NCBI RefSeq assembly: GCF_024502345.1
Contig: NZ_JALDNN010000001.1
DNA: 64,000 nucleotides
Source of the DNA: Escherichia coli
Lineage (GTDB): Bacteria; Pseudomonadota; Gammaproteobacteria; Enterobacterales; Enterobacteriaceae
Reading direction: 5' to 3' (one strand)
The position numbers and the translations under genes are program-made. The first letter of the stretch is position 1, and every line of letters begins with the position of its first letter. The notes below the pieces were generated by a model, which saw only the letters and a program-made list of their open reading frames with translations, ran no database searches and was not told where the DNA came from. Positions 10,761 to 19,899 of this stretch are shown here, piece by piece.

Positions 10761-10964
10761 CCATCGAGGGGCAGCAGCGGCGCGGGATTTGGAGCATTTT
10801 TGATTCTTCACGCAACCATTTCAGCATTTGATGCTGATGACGGAACACTATCCCCGAATACACTGGGTTTGTTGCATTCTCTGATTCAAAAGAACACGGT
10901 GTGCTTCAACTTGGCTGAGCAGGCATTACAGCAGACATTCACTGAGTGCCTGCGACAAAGTTAA
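10761..10964 (+). pseudogene. start-less 3' remnant related to the 8739-8942 gene
   Basis: Frame encodes ..FDADDGTLSPNTLGLL.. resembling ..FEADDGEVIPEYTGLI.. of the 8739 ORF; no in-frame start codon after the upstream stop. Confidence 0.45.
10921..10958 (+). repeat. ~35-bp boundary repeat, copy 1
   Basis: cattacagcagacattcactgagtgcctgcgacaa; near-identical copy at 11311-11343. Confidence 0.6.
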
Positions 10965-11049
10965 ATGGCATCAAGCATGCGATGATGATTGATTAATAAT
11001 TGAGCTATGCATGGTATAATAAGCCCCATTCATTGAAAGGTTAACCACC

Positions 11050-11214
11050 ATGTCATTTTTCGATTATGCAATGCAGCGTGTTGGGCTTGCAGCCAATACG
11101 ACTGTCATGTGCCCGATATGCGGACATAAATCCACACACTCGACCACGAAAGTACGCCAACAACAGGCGTTACTTTGCCCTAAATGTAAATCGCTGTTTG
11201 TCATTCACAGATAA
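11050..11214 (+). CDS. small zinc-ribbon protein (CxxC...CxxC)
   Basis: 54 aa MSFFDYAMQRVGLAANTTVMCPICGH...LCPKCKSLFVIHR; upstream -10 tataat at ~11015; two terminators downstream. Confidence 0.6.
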   Translation: MSFFDYAMQRVGLAANTTVMCPICGHKSTHSTTKVRQQQALLCPKCKSLFVIHR

Positions 11215-11232
11215 CATGCGACCTGCTGAATA

Positions 11233-11257
11233 TAACCGCCTACGGGCGGTTTTTTAT
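11233..11257 (+). terminator. rho-independent terminator
   Basis: accgcctacgggcggt followed by tttttt. Confidence 0.75.
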
Positions 11258-11268
11258 TGCCATCACAA

Positions 11269-11293
11269 AGGCCACTTTCGAGTGGCTTTTTTA
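11269..11293 (+). terminator. second rho-independent terminator
   Basis: gccactttcgagtggc followed by ttttttaa. Confidence 0.65.
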
Positions 11294-11310
11294 ATGGTCA
11301 TCACGACGGG

Positions 11311-11343
11311 TATTACAGCAGGAATTACTGAGTGCCTGCGATA
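11311..11343 (+). repeat. ~35-bp boundary repeat, copy 2
   Basis: tattacagcaggaattactgagtgcctgcgataat; matches 10921-10958. Confidence 0.6.
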
Positions 11344-11370
11344 ATGCTCAATATTTTTATCGGAGTGAAT

Positions 11371-11559
11371 ATGCCACCGCGCACACCGAAGGCCGGCCTG
11401 AAAGGGGCGATACAAAAAAGGGAAAAAATGAAAAGACATAAGCGAAATAAAAAAGCCACCACATCTGCAAATGTGATGGCTGGCATTCGGATTAATTCAG
11501 GTTGGCTGAATAAGTTAGCCGCAGATATTACTAAAATAATTAATGAAGCATGTCCCTAA
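11371..11559 (+). CDS. hypothetical small basic protein
   Basis: 62 aa from ATG with ggag SD; Lys/Arg-rich; no known motif. Confidence 0.3.
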   Translation: MPPRTPKAGLKGAIQKREKMKRHKRNKKATTSANVMAGIRINSGWLNKLAADITKIINEACP

Positions 11560-11956
11560 TCTCATCTGAGATATCTCTTGGCCCTGCAGGCTGAGGCGCA
11601 ACCAACCGGGTCGGAAGTCTCTCGAAGAAACCACCACCACCATGATGATGAAAACCCCGGTTATTTTTATAACTATTGAAGTTACTGTCGGTAGTGAGAA
11701 GGATGTTGCACTGGTGCGAGCAGTCAACAACAACGACATCACCTGCATTCAGGTGCATTCGTTTGTGAAGAAATTGCATAAGTCTCCTTATCAAGAGGCA
11801 ATCAGCACTCCTCTCAAGGCTGGTACGCCAACGTCCCACCGCTGACGGGCTGAGCCATTACCTTACCCAGACTCAACGATAAGTAACATCCTGATATTCA
11901 GACAGTAACTGTAATCGATAATGCTGAAGAATAGGCAGTAAATACAGGTGACTGAT

Positions 11957-12595
11957 ATGGCAACACTGAAGGATTTATCAAACCAGTTAAAGCAACTGCA
12001 AAAGCAAATCCCGTTTGCCACAGCTCAGGCGATGACAAAAGTTGTACGCCAGATTGAGTTGGCTCAGAAGACGGCATTCGAACGACATCTGGAGAGCCCC
12101 ACGCCGTTTACCGTTAAATCAGTTGGTTCGGTGGCGGCAAGAAAGAACAATCTGACCGCAAAGGTTTTTGTCCGTGATACCGCTGCTGGTTATCTGGAAC
12201 CATTCGAGTTTGGCGGAGAGCACAAGCTCAATAGCCAGGCTCTATTAAATCCCAAGAACGTTAAGCTAAACAAATACGGCAACATGCCGCGTAATAAGCT
12301 CTCACAGCTTAAAGCAAAGGAAAATGTATTCGTAGGTGAGGTTGATGGCGTTAACGCTGTCTGGCAGCGTAAGAAGCCGATGAAAGCTAAGAAGCGACGG
12401 GCCAAACGTTCCGCTAACGGGACGCGAAGACCGAAACGCAAACAGCGTTCTCCAAAGCTTTTGATCCGGTTTGGTGATGCGCTACCTGTGACTCCAGTGC
12501 TGGGGTATATGGATAGGGCCCGTACCATGGCGAACGCACTGCTACCGTCTGCTTTAAATCAGGCGATAGCAGAAGCCATCAGGACGGCAAAATAA
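11957..12595 (+). CDS. hypothetical phage protein with highly basic segment
   Basis: 213 aa (alternative GTG start at 11948); SD aggtga; region RKKPMKAKKRRAKRSANGTRRPKRKQRSPK suggests nucleic-acid binding. Confidence 0.6.
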   Translation: MATLKDLSNQLKQLQKQIPFATAQAMTKVVRQIELAQKTAFERHLESPTPFTVKSVGSVAARKNNLTAKVFVRDTAAGYLEPFEFGGEHKLNSQALLNPKNVKLNKYGNMPRNKLSQLKAKENVFVGEVDGVNAVWQRKKPMKAKKRRAKRSANGTRRPKRKQRSPKLLIRFGDALPVTPVLGYMDRARTMANALLPSALNQAIAEAIRTAK

Positions 12596-12605
12596 AAGCA
12601 GTAAC

Positions 12606-13109
12606 TTATAAGTTAATTTCGCAAGCTTTTATGAAGCTGTTTACTGCAGTTGTCGATCCAGAAACATTGGCTGACATGGAATGCTGGTTTCCGCCATCCT
12701 TTGTTTGCACACCAACTAACACTTTGGATTTCGCCCCCTGAAGCTGCTTAAGCACTGTTTTCAGTTGGTCCGTGTCATCCGATTGAATCTGGAGGCTCTG
12801 AACATTACGTCTTGAAAGGGTAGCATCGAGCTTCACTGCGGTATTCCCGTCGACCTTCATTATCAGGTCCATTGGTACCTCTGATAGTGATTCGGTGCTT
12901 TTATCCATTTCAACGTATGCCGCCGATAGCTTTTCTTTAGTGCAGTCAAACACAATGGCGCCATTGTCGGATGAAACCTCGCCAAGCATCATTGCTTTCT
13001 TACCACCAGAGAAAAGGTCATCTTCAGTATTAGTTACCCACTGGGCATGAGCAATTGGTGATGCCAGCACTGCGGCTACGAAAGTTATTTTGATTATATT
13101 GTTACCCAT
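12606..13109 (-). CDS. secreted/periplasmic protein of unknown function (opposite-strand cargo gene)
   Basis: 168 aa; strong SD aaggagaatgta; signal peptide MGNNIIKITFVAAVLASPIAHA|QW; convergent with and 10 bp from the preceding gene. Confidence 0.6.
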   Translation of the reverse strand: MGNNIIKITFVAAVLASPIAHAQWVTNTEDDLFSGGKKAMMLGEVSSDNGAIVFDCTKEKLSAAYVEMDKSTESLSEVPMDLIMKVDGNTAVKLDATLSRRNVQSLQIQSDDTDQLKTVLKQLQGAKSKVLVGVQTKDGGNQHSMSANVSGSTTAVNSFIKACEINL

Positions 13110-13252
13110 TACATTCTCCTTGTATTGAATAGGAATAATCATAGTCGGAGCGAATGGTCGAAGCCATTAAAAAAATGGGTCCTTCCTGAGACTTTTGTAA
13201 GGCACGGGCATTGCGCGCCGCGGTGTTTTCCTAGCTACAACTTTCAGATTTG

Positions 13253-13402
13253 TGTCCCATGTCCCACCTCTGGCGATCATTACGGACACCTCGCCAGCTC
13301 TGGCTATTCCAGTTTATTCCAGTGGGACATTCTGGTGGGACATGGCAAAAATGTCCCAGGCGAATGTCCCACCCCAGAAAATGTCCCAGGTGATGTCCCA
13401 TG
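13253..13402. repeat. Cluster of eight TGTCCCA/TGGGACA heptamer repeats immediately upstream of terminase small subunit
   Basis: Copies at 13253, 13260, 13323(rc), 13336(rc), 13352, 13365, 13382, 13394; the last overlaps the terS ATG. Confidence 0.7.
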
Positions 13403-13969
13403 ACCACGATGAACCAGAGTCAGTACGCACAACATTCAGGTGTGGATCGCAAAACAATTGGTCGGTGGATTAAAGCCGGGCGCTTCATTGTGATGGACGG
13501 AGACCTGATTGACGTAGAGGCCAGCGATGCGGCATTGAAGAAAAACCGCGATGGCAAAGACCCGCGCGCCTCGAACGCGAAGAAAAAGAAAACTCCCGTC
13601 GTTAGCGATAACGATGATGACGGTGATGAAATCAATAAAACTGTCCGCCAGATAATGCTCACTGAAGGGGCAGATCTTTCGAGAGAGGAAGCGGGACGTA
13701 TCCGCGAGAATTACATGGCCCTGCAGGCAAAGCTGCAGTATGAAAAAGACAGCGGCCAGCTTATTGAGCTGACAGCAGCCGAGGAGGTTTTATTCAACGC
13801 CTTTCGCCAACAGCGTGATGCCTGGCTTAACTGGCCGTCCAGGGTGGCGCCGCTAATGGCTGCTGATCTGGATGTACCGGCGGACAGGATGACAGAGGTG
13901 CTGATTGAACATGTCCACAAACACATCTCAGTCCTCGGAGAGCCAGAGTTTAACCCGGCAGAAGATTGA
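13400..13969 (+). CDS. terminase small subunit (Nu1-like, N-terminal HTH)
   Basis: 189 aa; N-terminal ..VDRKTIGRWIKAGRF.. winged-helix pattern as in lambda Nu1; followed by large terminase. Confidence 0.7.
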   Translation: MTTMNQSQYAQHSGVDRKTIGRWIKAGRFIVMDGDLIDVEASDAALKKNRDGKDPRASNAKKKKTPVVSDNDDDGDEINKTVRQIMLTEGADLSREEAGRIRENYMALQAKLQYEKDSGQLIELTAAEEVLFNAFRQQRDAWLNWPSRVAPLMAADLDVPADRMTEVLIEHVHKHISVLGEPEFNPAED

Positions 13970-16034
13970 GCGTCTTGAATTAAGCGTCCGCAAAGGCTGG
14001 ACACCCCCGCCGCGTATCAGTGTGCCGCAGTGGGCAGATGACTATCGTAAGCTGGCAAAAGAGGCTGGGAGCACTTCGGGAAACTGGGAAACATCGACGG
14101 TAGAAATTGCCCGCGGACCGATGCTTGCCGCGACGGAGTCCGGGGTTCATATCATCACTGTAATGTGCTGTACCCAGTTGATGAAGACAGCACTGCTGGA
14201 AAACCTTTTTGGCTATTTTGCCCACCTCGATCCTTGTCCGATACTGCTGCTGCAGCCGAAAGAAGAAGCCGCTGAACAGTTTTCGAAAGAGCGTATTAGC
14301 CCGCTGGTAAGGGTGACGCCGGTACTGCGTAAAATCATCGGTGATTCGAAACAGAAAAGCTCGAAAGAAACCATTCTTTACAAGGCATTCACTGGCGGAT
14401 TTCTGGCGCTGGCGGGTGCTGGTAGCCCTGATAACCTTGCGCGTCGTCCGATTCGTGTCCTGCTGGCGGATGAAGTGGACAAGTACCCGATAACCCGCGA
14501 AGGCGATCCAATTGCGCTGGCCGAAGAGCGTACAGCGACATTTGGCCTGACCTGGCTGTCTGTACGCGCCTGTTCGCCGACGGTGGAGGATGAGAGCCGC
14601 ATTGCTGACAGCTACGCCGACTCCGATCAGCGCCGGGCATCTGTGGTTTGCCCGCACTGTGGCCACCGCCAGTTCCCCGACTTTTTCAAACACGTTCAGT
14701 GGCCGAAAGAGGGAGATAAACACCTGACTAAATCGGCGATGCTCTATTGCGAATGCTGTGGTAGTGGCTGGTCCGAAGGACAGCGCCTCAGAGCTCTGCA
14801 CACTATTCGATGGCATCAGACGCGCCCATTTGAGTGCTGCGGGGAGCGGCACTCACCGCTGATGGATTATGACCTTGCCTGGCGGGCGGCAGACGAGGGC
14901 AGCGTTGAAAAGGTCTGGCAATGGTCAGAGTCGGAACGGCATGCGGTCTATCGCGCAATCTGCCCCTCCTGTGGAAAGGAGGCAGTCGATAACCACCACG
15001 CGGGGTACCAGGCATCCAAGCTTTTCAGCCCCTGGCAAAAAGATAAGCCGTCGGATATTGCGAAAAAATATATCGATGCGAAGGGCGATCCGGATAAGGA
15101 ACAGGCGTGGTGGAATACCCAGATGGGGCTTCCGCACCGACCTAATCATGGGAAACAGCTCCCTGTTGATGTTCTGCTGGCGCGCCGGGAAATATTTCCG
15201 GCCGTCGTTCCGGACGGGGTGGCATTGTTAACAGCTGGAGTTGATACCCAGGACGATCGCTTCGAAATTACGATCACCGGCTGGGGGAGAGATGAAGAAT
15301 CGTGGTCGGTCGCGCATGACGTTATTTATGGTGACCTTGAGACGGAAGAACCCTGGAAGCGACTGGATGCATACCTGAAACAGATCTGGCGACGTGGTGA
15401 CGGGCGCGGCCTGAATATCATGGCAACGTGCATGGACTCCGGTGGCCACCATACGCAGAAGGTATACGAATTCGCCAAAGAGCGTCTTGGCCGTCGTGTC
15501 TGGGCAATTAAGGGGGAGTCTGCACAGGGAGGTAAACGCAATCCTGTCTGGCCGACCAAACGACCATCATCGAAAAGCAAAGCCAGTTTCCGCCCTGTCA
15601 TTCTGGGGGTTAACTCAGCGAAAGACGTGATACGCGGTCGCCTGCATCTTGAGCCACCCAAACCTGGCGCCGCCGCTGCGGGTTATATGCATTTTCCTGA
15701 CGATCGCGATCTCGGGTACTTCAATCAGCTGCTGGCGGAGCGACTGGTTTACAAAGTCATTTCCGGGCAGCGGTACAGTATCTGGGAAGCAATACCAGGA
15801 CGAGCTAACGAAGCGCTTGACTGCCTCGTTTACAGCTATGCCGCGCTGTGCGGTCTCAAACATATGGGGTTAAAACTCAACGTCCGGGCCGCCAACCTCG
15901 AAGCCGATCCGGATAAGTTCCTGCCAGCGCCAGTTGGACAGGAAGAAAAAATCAATTACGAGCTGCCGGGTGCGGTTATTGAAGAACCAGCGCCGGTCAA
16001 ACGTAAGCGAATATCGCAACTCCTGCCGAAATAA
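13905..16034 (+). CDS. terminase large subunit (lambda gpA-like)
   Basis: 709 aa, position and size; overlaps terS 3' end as in lambda Nu1/A. Confidence 0.8.
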   Translation: MNMSTNTSQSSESQSLTRQKIERLELSVRKGWTPPPRISVPQWADDYRKLAKEAGSTSGNWETSTVEIARGPMLAATESGVHIITVMCCTQLMKTALLENLFGYFAHLDPCPILLLQPKEEAAEQFSKERISPLVRVTPVLRKIIGDSKQKSSKETILYKAFTGGFLALAGAGSPDNLARRPIRVLLADEVDKYPITREGDPIALAEERTATFGLTWLSVRACSPTVEDESRIADSYADSDQRRASVVCPHCGHRQFPDFFKHVQWPKEGDKHLTKSAMLYCECCGSGWSEGQRLRALHTIRWHQTRPFECCGERHSPLMDYDLAWRAADEGSVEKVWQWSESERHAVYRAICPSCGKEAVDNHHAGYQASKLFSPWQKDKPSDIAKKYIDAKGDPDKEQAWWNTQMGLPHRPNHGKQLPVDVLLARREIFPAVVPDGVALLTAGVDTQDDRFEITITGWGRDEESWSVAHDVIYGDLETEEPWKRLDAYLKQIWRRGDGRGLNIMATCMDSGGHHTQKVYEFAKERLGRRVWAIKGESAQGGKRNPVWPTKRPSSKSKASFRPVILGVNSAKDVIRGRLHLEPPKPGAAAAGYMHFPDDRDLGYFNQLLAERLVYKVISGQRYSIWEAIPGRANEALDCLVYSYAALCGLKHMGLKLNVRAANLEADPDKFLPAPVGQEEKINYELPGAVIEEPAPVKRKRISQLLPK

Positions 16035-16042
16035 GGAAAATC

Positions 16043-16306
16043 ATGTTCAACCGGAACACCAGCCTGCTTGCCGGCGCAATGACTGACGATCAGCTCAGGG
16101 ATGCGCTTGCGAAAGCTCAGCAGGCGTACATTGATTTAGCAACCGGGAGCCACGGTGTTTCGTTTTCCTATACGCAGGGAGACGGGACGCGATCAGTGTC
16201 CTATCAGCAAAGCACCCTGGCTGATCTGCTGGCCCTGATTCAACTTCTGCAGGCGCAACTGGGGATTATCTCTCGTCCCCGGAAACCAGCGAGGTTTAGA
16301 TTCTGA
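16043..16306 (+). CDS. head-tail joining protein (gpW-like)
   Basis: 87 aa, position between terminase and portal, C-terminal ..RPRKPARFRF. Confidence 0.6.
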   Translation: MFNRNTSLLAGAMTDDQLRDALAKAQQAYIDLATGSHGVSFSYTQGDGTRSVSYQQSTLADLLALIQLLQAQLGIISRPRKPARFRF

Positions 16307-17943
16307 TGAATAAAGTACAGATACTGGGCTCTGATGGGCAGCCGTTGCGACAGCAGCGTCCCTCTATGCTGGTGGGGGGGAGCCGCGTACCTTATGACGC
16401 AGCTGACTCTTTCAGCGATCAACTGGCGAACTGGCAACCCGCGCTGTGGTCCCCGGACAATGAAATTAACATTTACCGGGATCGCATCGTGTCCCGCGCA
16501 CGCGATCTGGTCCGTAATGACGGCTGGGCAAACGGTGCGGTCACACGTCTGCTGGATAATGCGGTTGGTGCCAACTTCCGCCCCATCATGAAACCCGATT
16601 ACCGTGTTCTCAGAATGATCACCGGAAACAAGGCGTTTGATGCGTCCTGGGCGGAAGAGTACGGAAAAGCACTGGACGGGCACTGGCGGACCTGGAGTAA
16701 CGATCCTGGCCGGTATTGTGATGTTGAACGAAAACTCACCGTGTCGCAGATGTTACGCCTGGGATTTCGTCACAAGCTTATTGACGGGGATGCTCTGGCC
16801 ATTCTCCAGTACAGAACTGACAGGCTTGGTCCCGGAAGAGGGCGTTACGCCACCACGGTACAGATTGTCGATCCTGACCGCCTCAGTAATCCTCAGCAGA
16901 ATTTCGATATGCCAAATGTCCGTGGTGGCGTTGAAATTGATGCGGACGGTGCGCCGGTTGCTTACCACATCAGGGAGGCCCATATCGGTGACTGGTGGAG
17001 CGGGGCTAAAACCATGACGTGGCAGCGTATCCCGCGTGAAACTGACTGGGGCCGCCCGCATGTGGTTCACGATTTTGATCATGAGCGTGGCGCGCAGCAC
17101 CGTGGTAACGGCATCCTGACTCCGGTTATTCAGCGTCTGAAAATGCTGGTGAAGTATGACCAGAGTGAGCTTGAGGCAGCAATTCTTAATGCCATATTTG
17201 CCGCTTACATTGAGTCACCCTATGACCCTGCGATGGTTCAGTCTGCCCTGGGCGAGACCTATGACGAGTCGGAGTTAGGCACTTATCAGGACGGGCGTGT
17301 TGAGTTCCATAACGATCGGCGTCTGACACTTCAGAATGGTGCCCGAATGCCCATTCTTTATCCTGGTGAGAAAATCACGACGGTTAACGCGGCGCGGCCC
17401 TACAGCAATTTTGAAGTCTTCGAATCTGCTGTTCTCCGTAATTTTTCTTCAGGAACAGGGTTGTCCCCACAGCAGGTCACCCAGGACTGGTCTGACGTTA
17501 ACTACAGTTCTGCACGCTCCTCGTTGCTGGAGGCATGGAAAACACTGACTCGCCGCCGGGACGATTTTTCTACCGGCTTCGCTCAGCCCATTCTCACCGC
17601 CTTTGTTGAAGAAGTTCACGACAATGAGGATTTACCCCTGCCCGCAGGCGCACCTGATTTTGTTGACGCCAGAGCCGCGTATTCTCGCGCGCGCTGGATG
17701 GGGCCAGGGCGCGGCTGGGTGGATCCGGTTGCAGAGAAAAAAGGCGCCATTCTTGGTCTGGATGCCGGACTTTCCACCCTCGAGATTGAGGTGGGTGAAA
17801 ACGTCGGTGAAGACTGGGAAGAAGTGCTTGATCAGCGCCAGAGAGAAATTGAGTCATGTCTTAAACGCGGATTACCGCTTCCGAGCTGGGCACAGGCTGA
17901 CCAGTTTGCGAGCCAGACCATTACCGATCCGGAGGAAAAGTGA
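16306..17943 (+). CDS. portal protein (lambda gpB-like)
   Basis: 545 aa, gene order. Confidence 0.8.
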   Translation: MNKVQILGSDGQPLRQQRPSMLVGGSRVPYDAADSFSDQLANWQPALWSPDNEINIYRDRIVSRARDLVRNDGWANGAVTRLLDNAVGANFRPIMKPDYRVLRMITGNKAFDASWAEEYGKALDGHWRTWSNDPGRYCDVERKLTVSQMLRLGFRHKLIDGDALAILQYRTDRLGPGRGRYATTVQIVDPDRLSNPQQNFDMPNVRGGVEIDADGAPVAYHIREAHIGDWWSGAKTMTWQRIPRETDWGRPHVVHDFDHERGAQHRGNGILTPVIQRLKMLVKYDQSELEAAILNAIFAAYIESPYDPAMVQSALGETYDESELGTYQDGRVEFHNDRRLTLQNGARMPILYPGEKITTVNAARPYSNFEVFESAVLRNFSSGTGLSPQQVTQDWSDVNYSSARSSLLEAWKTLTRRRDDFSTGFAQPILTAFVEEVHDNEDLPLPAGAPDFVDARAAYSRARWMGPGRGWVDPVAEKKGAILGLDAGLSTLEIEVGENVGEDWEEVLDQRQREIESCLKRGLPLPSWAQADQFASQTITDPEEK

Positions 17944-18806
17944 ATCTACCCCATCTGGCCCAGCGATTATTTAACACCCCGCTGGCGCTGCACCCGAGTA
18001 AAGCCGAAGTCATCATGGCATCCGTAATGGACCGATTTGGTATCAGTAAAATCGAATCTTCTCTTGCCATGGAGGATGACTGGTACGGATATGACGATAA
18101 CCGGGGACGTGAATCCCGTAGTGATCCGGGTTATGACAATGTGCTGGGTGTCGCCGTCATCCCGATATGCGGAACGCTGGTGCAAAAACTGGGCAGTCTG
18201 CGTCCGTACAGTGGAATGACAGGGTATGACGGCATTCGTCAGGCGTTTCTTACTGCGATGGAAGATCCCGACATTTCGGGCATTTGCCTGGATATCGACT
18301 CACCCGGCGGCGAGGTCGCTGGATGCTTCGATCTGGTTGATGTCATTTACGGCTCCCGGGGGAAAAAGCCTATCCATGCCATTCTGACGGAAAGCGCTTA
18401 TTCCGCTGCGTATGCCATTGCCAGTGCAGCGGACCGGATTTCTGTTCCGCGCACCGGCGGAGTGGGTTCTGTGGGTGTGATCACCATGCACCTTGACTGG
18501 ACGCAGCGGATTAAAGATGACGGTCTTAAAGTTACGATCATCACCTATGGATCCCGCAAGGCTGAAGGTTCGCCGCTGAGAGAGTTGTCAGATGAAGCTC
18601 TGGCCGCCATCCAGCAGGACATTAACACCATGGGCGAATTGTTTGTGAACACTGTTGCCAGAAACCGGGGGATTAGCGCAAAGGTTATAAAAAGTACCCA
18701 GGCCGCCTGTTTTATGGCTGCTGATGGCGTTGAAATTGGACTGGCTGATGAGGTGTGTCCTCCTGACGCTGCGTTCAAAAACTTACTTGAAAAAACAGGA
18801 GCCTGA
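17940..18806 (+). CDS. head maturation protease (S49/ClpP-like)
   Basis: 288 aa, gene order after portal. Confidence 0.7.
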   Translation: MNLPHLAQRLFNTPLALHPSKAEVIMASVMDRFGISKIESSLAMEDDWYGYDDNRGRESRSDPGYDNVLGVAVIPICGTLVQKLGSLRPYSGMTGYDGIRQAFLTAMEDPDISGICLDIDSPGGEVAGCFDLVDVIYGSRGKKPIHAILTESAYSAAYAIASAADRISVPRTGGVGSVGVITMHLDWTQRIKDDGLKVTIITYGSRKAEGSPLRELSDEALAAIQQDINTMGELFVNTVARNRGISAKVIKSTQAACFMAADGVEIGLADEVCPPDAAFKNLLEKTGA

Positions 18807-18807
18807 A

Positions 18808-19398
18808 ATGGCAAAGAAAAAGACGTTTAGTTTTGCTCACCTCATTGGTCTTGGCCCTTCCGCTTCTGAGGAAGAAGAGGATAAAAAAGCCAAAAAAGCG
18901 AAAGCCCGTCGCGCGGAAGAGGACGAGCGCGAAGATGATGCCGATGATGATGAGCGCGACGACGACGCGGAAGAAGACGAACGCGACGATGATGCTGAAG
19001 ATGACGGCGATGATCCGGATGCGTCAGAAGATGATGATTCTGAAGACGACGGCGACGACGATCGCAAAGAGAGTAAGGCGGTAAAAAATGCACGCGCTGC
19101 TGAGCGTAAACGCTGCGCCCGTATTTTCGGCAGTAAGCATGCAGCTGCGAATCCTTCACTGGCCGCGTCACTGGCTTTCAATACCGGGATGAGTTCTGCG
19201 GCAGCAATTAATGTCCTAGCCTCTTCGGCTCCGGCCGCAGCCGCATCTCAGCCATCCCGTAAACGCTCTCTCGATCAGCGTATGCAGGAAAGCCACCAGG
19301 TCCGGCTTAATCCGGATAGCGGACAGAAAGAGACCGGAAAGTCTGCGCTGGTAAGTAAAATGACCGGCCTCTACAACTCCACAAGAGGAGAGAAATAA
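18808..19398 (+). CDS. putative scaffolding protein with long acidic low-complexity tract
   Basis: 196 aa; SD aggagc; ~70-residue run of D/E (DDADDDERDDDAEEDERDDDAEDDGDD...). Confidence 0.6.
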   Translation: MAKKKTFSFAHLIGLGPSASEEEEDKKAKKAKARRAEEDEREDDADDDERDDDAEEDERDDDAEDDGDDPDASEDDDSEDDGDDDRKESKAVKNARAAERKRCARIFGSKHAAANPSLAASLAFNTGMSSAAAINVLASSAPAAAASQPSRKRSLDQRMQESHQVRLNPDSGQKETGKSALVSKMTGLYNSTRGEK

Positions 19399-19802
19399 TG
19401 GATCAGTTTGGTCAGAATGCGTTTGCGCCTGGCATGAAGAGCGCGCTGTTTGTTCCGGATCAGCTTGTCGCTGGCACGCTCCAGCTGGTGACTGACACCG
19501 GGATCATTACGGGCGGTGCCTTTAAGCGTGGTACTGTCCTGGGCCTGGTGGCTGCCAGCGGGAAATACACGCAATGTGTGAAAACGGCTGAAGATGGCAG
19601 TCAGTTACCCGTTGCTATTCTGGTTGATGATGTTGATGCATCGTCTTCCGATCAGAACGGCGGCCTGTATCTGATGGGGGAATTCAACCAGCACCGAATT
19701 ATTTTTGATAACTCCTGGACGACCGCTGACCTGAAAAAAGCGCTCCGACCGCTGGCTATCTTCCTGAAAGACAGTGACCAGGCACCTGTAACCACCTCCT
19801 GA
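19398..19802 (+). CDS. head decoration protein (gpD-like)
   Basis: 134 aa, gene order immediately before major capsid. Confidence 0.7.
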   Translation: MDQFGQNAFAPGMKSALFVPDQLVAGTLQLVTDTGIITGGAFKRGTVLGLVAASGKYTQCVKTAEDGSQLPVAILVDDVDASSSDQNGGLYLMGEFNQHRIIFDNSWTTADLKKALRPLAIFLKDSDQAPVTTS

Positions 19803-19899
19803 TTTCCCCCACGGCTCTCCTGACGAATGCTTTAACCGGCAGGGGCTGGCTCGTTTAAATTTTTTGCCAGCTGCGGCTGGCACTATCAAGAGACTGAAT

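Noticed and set aside
11515-11845. ORFs 11515-11748(-), 11540-11839(-) and 11642-11845(+)
   Set aside because: Mutually overlapping, no RBS, odd composition (HHHGGGG run); the region looks like intergenic leader of the 213-aa gene.
13125-13473. ORFs 13125-13403 and 13252-13473 spanning the heptamer repeat cluster
   Set aside because: Their reading frames are created by the TGTCCCA repeats themselves (repetitive VP/MS peptides); the region is better explained as a DNA-level repeat array.
18833-19181. ORFs 18833-19084(+), 18837-19181(-) and 18842-19171(-) within the scaffold gene
   Set aside because: Artefacts of the repetitive gaY/gaR acidic tract read in other frames or strands.
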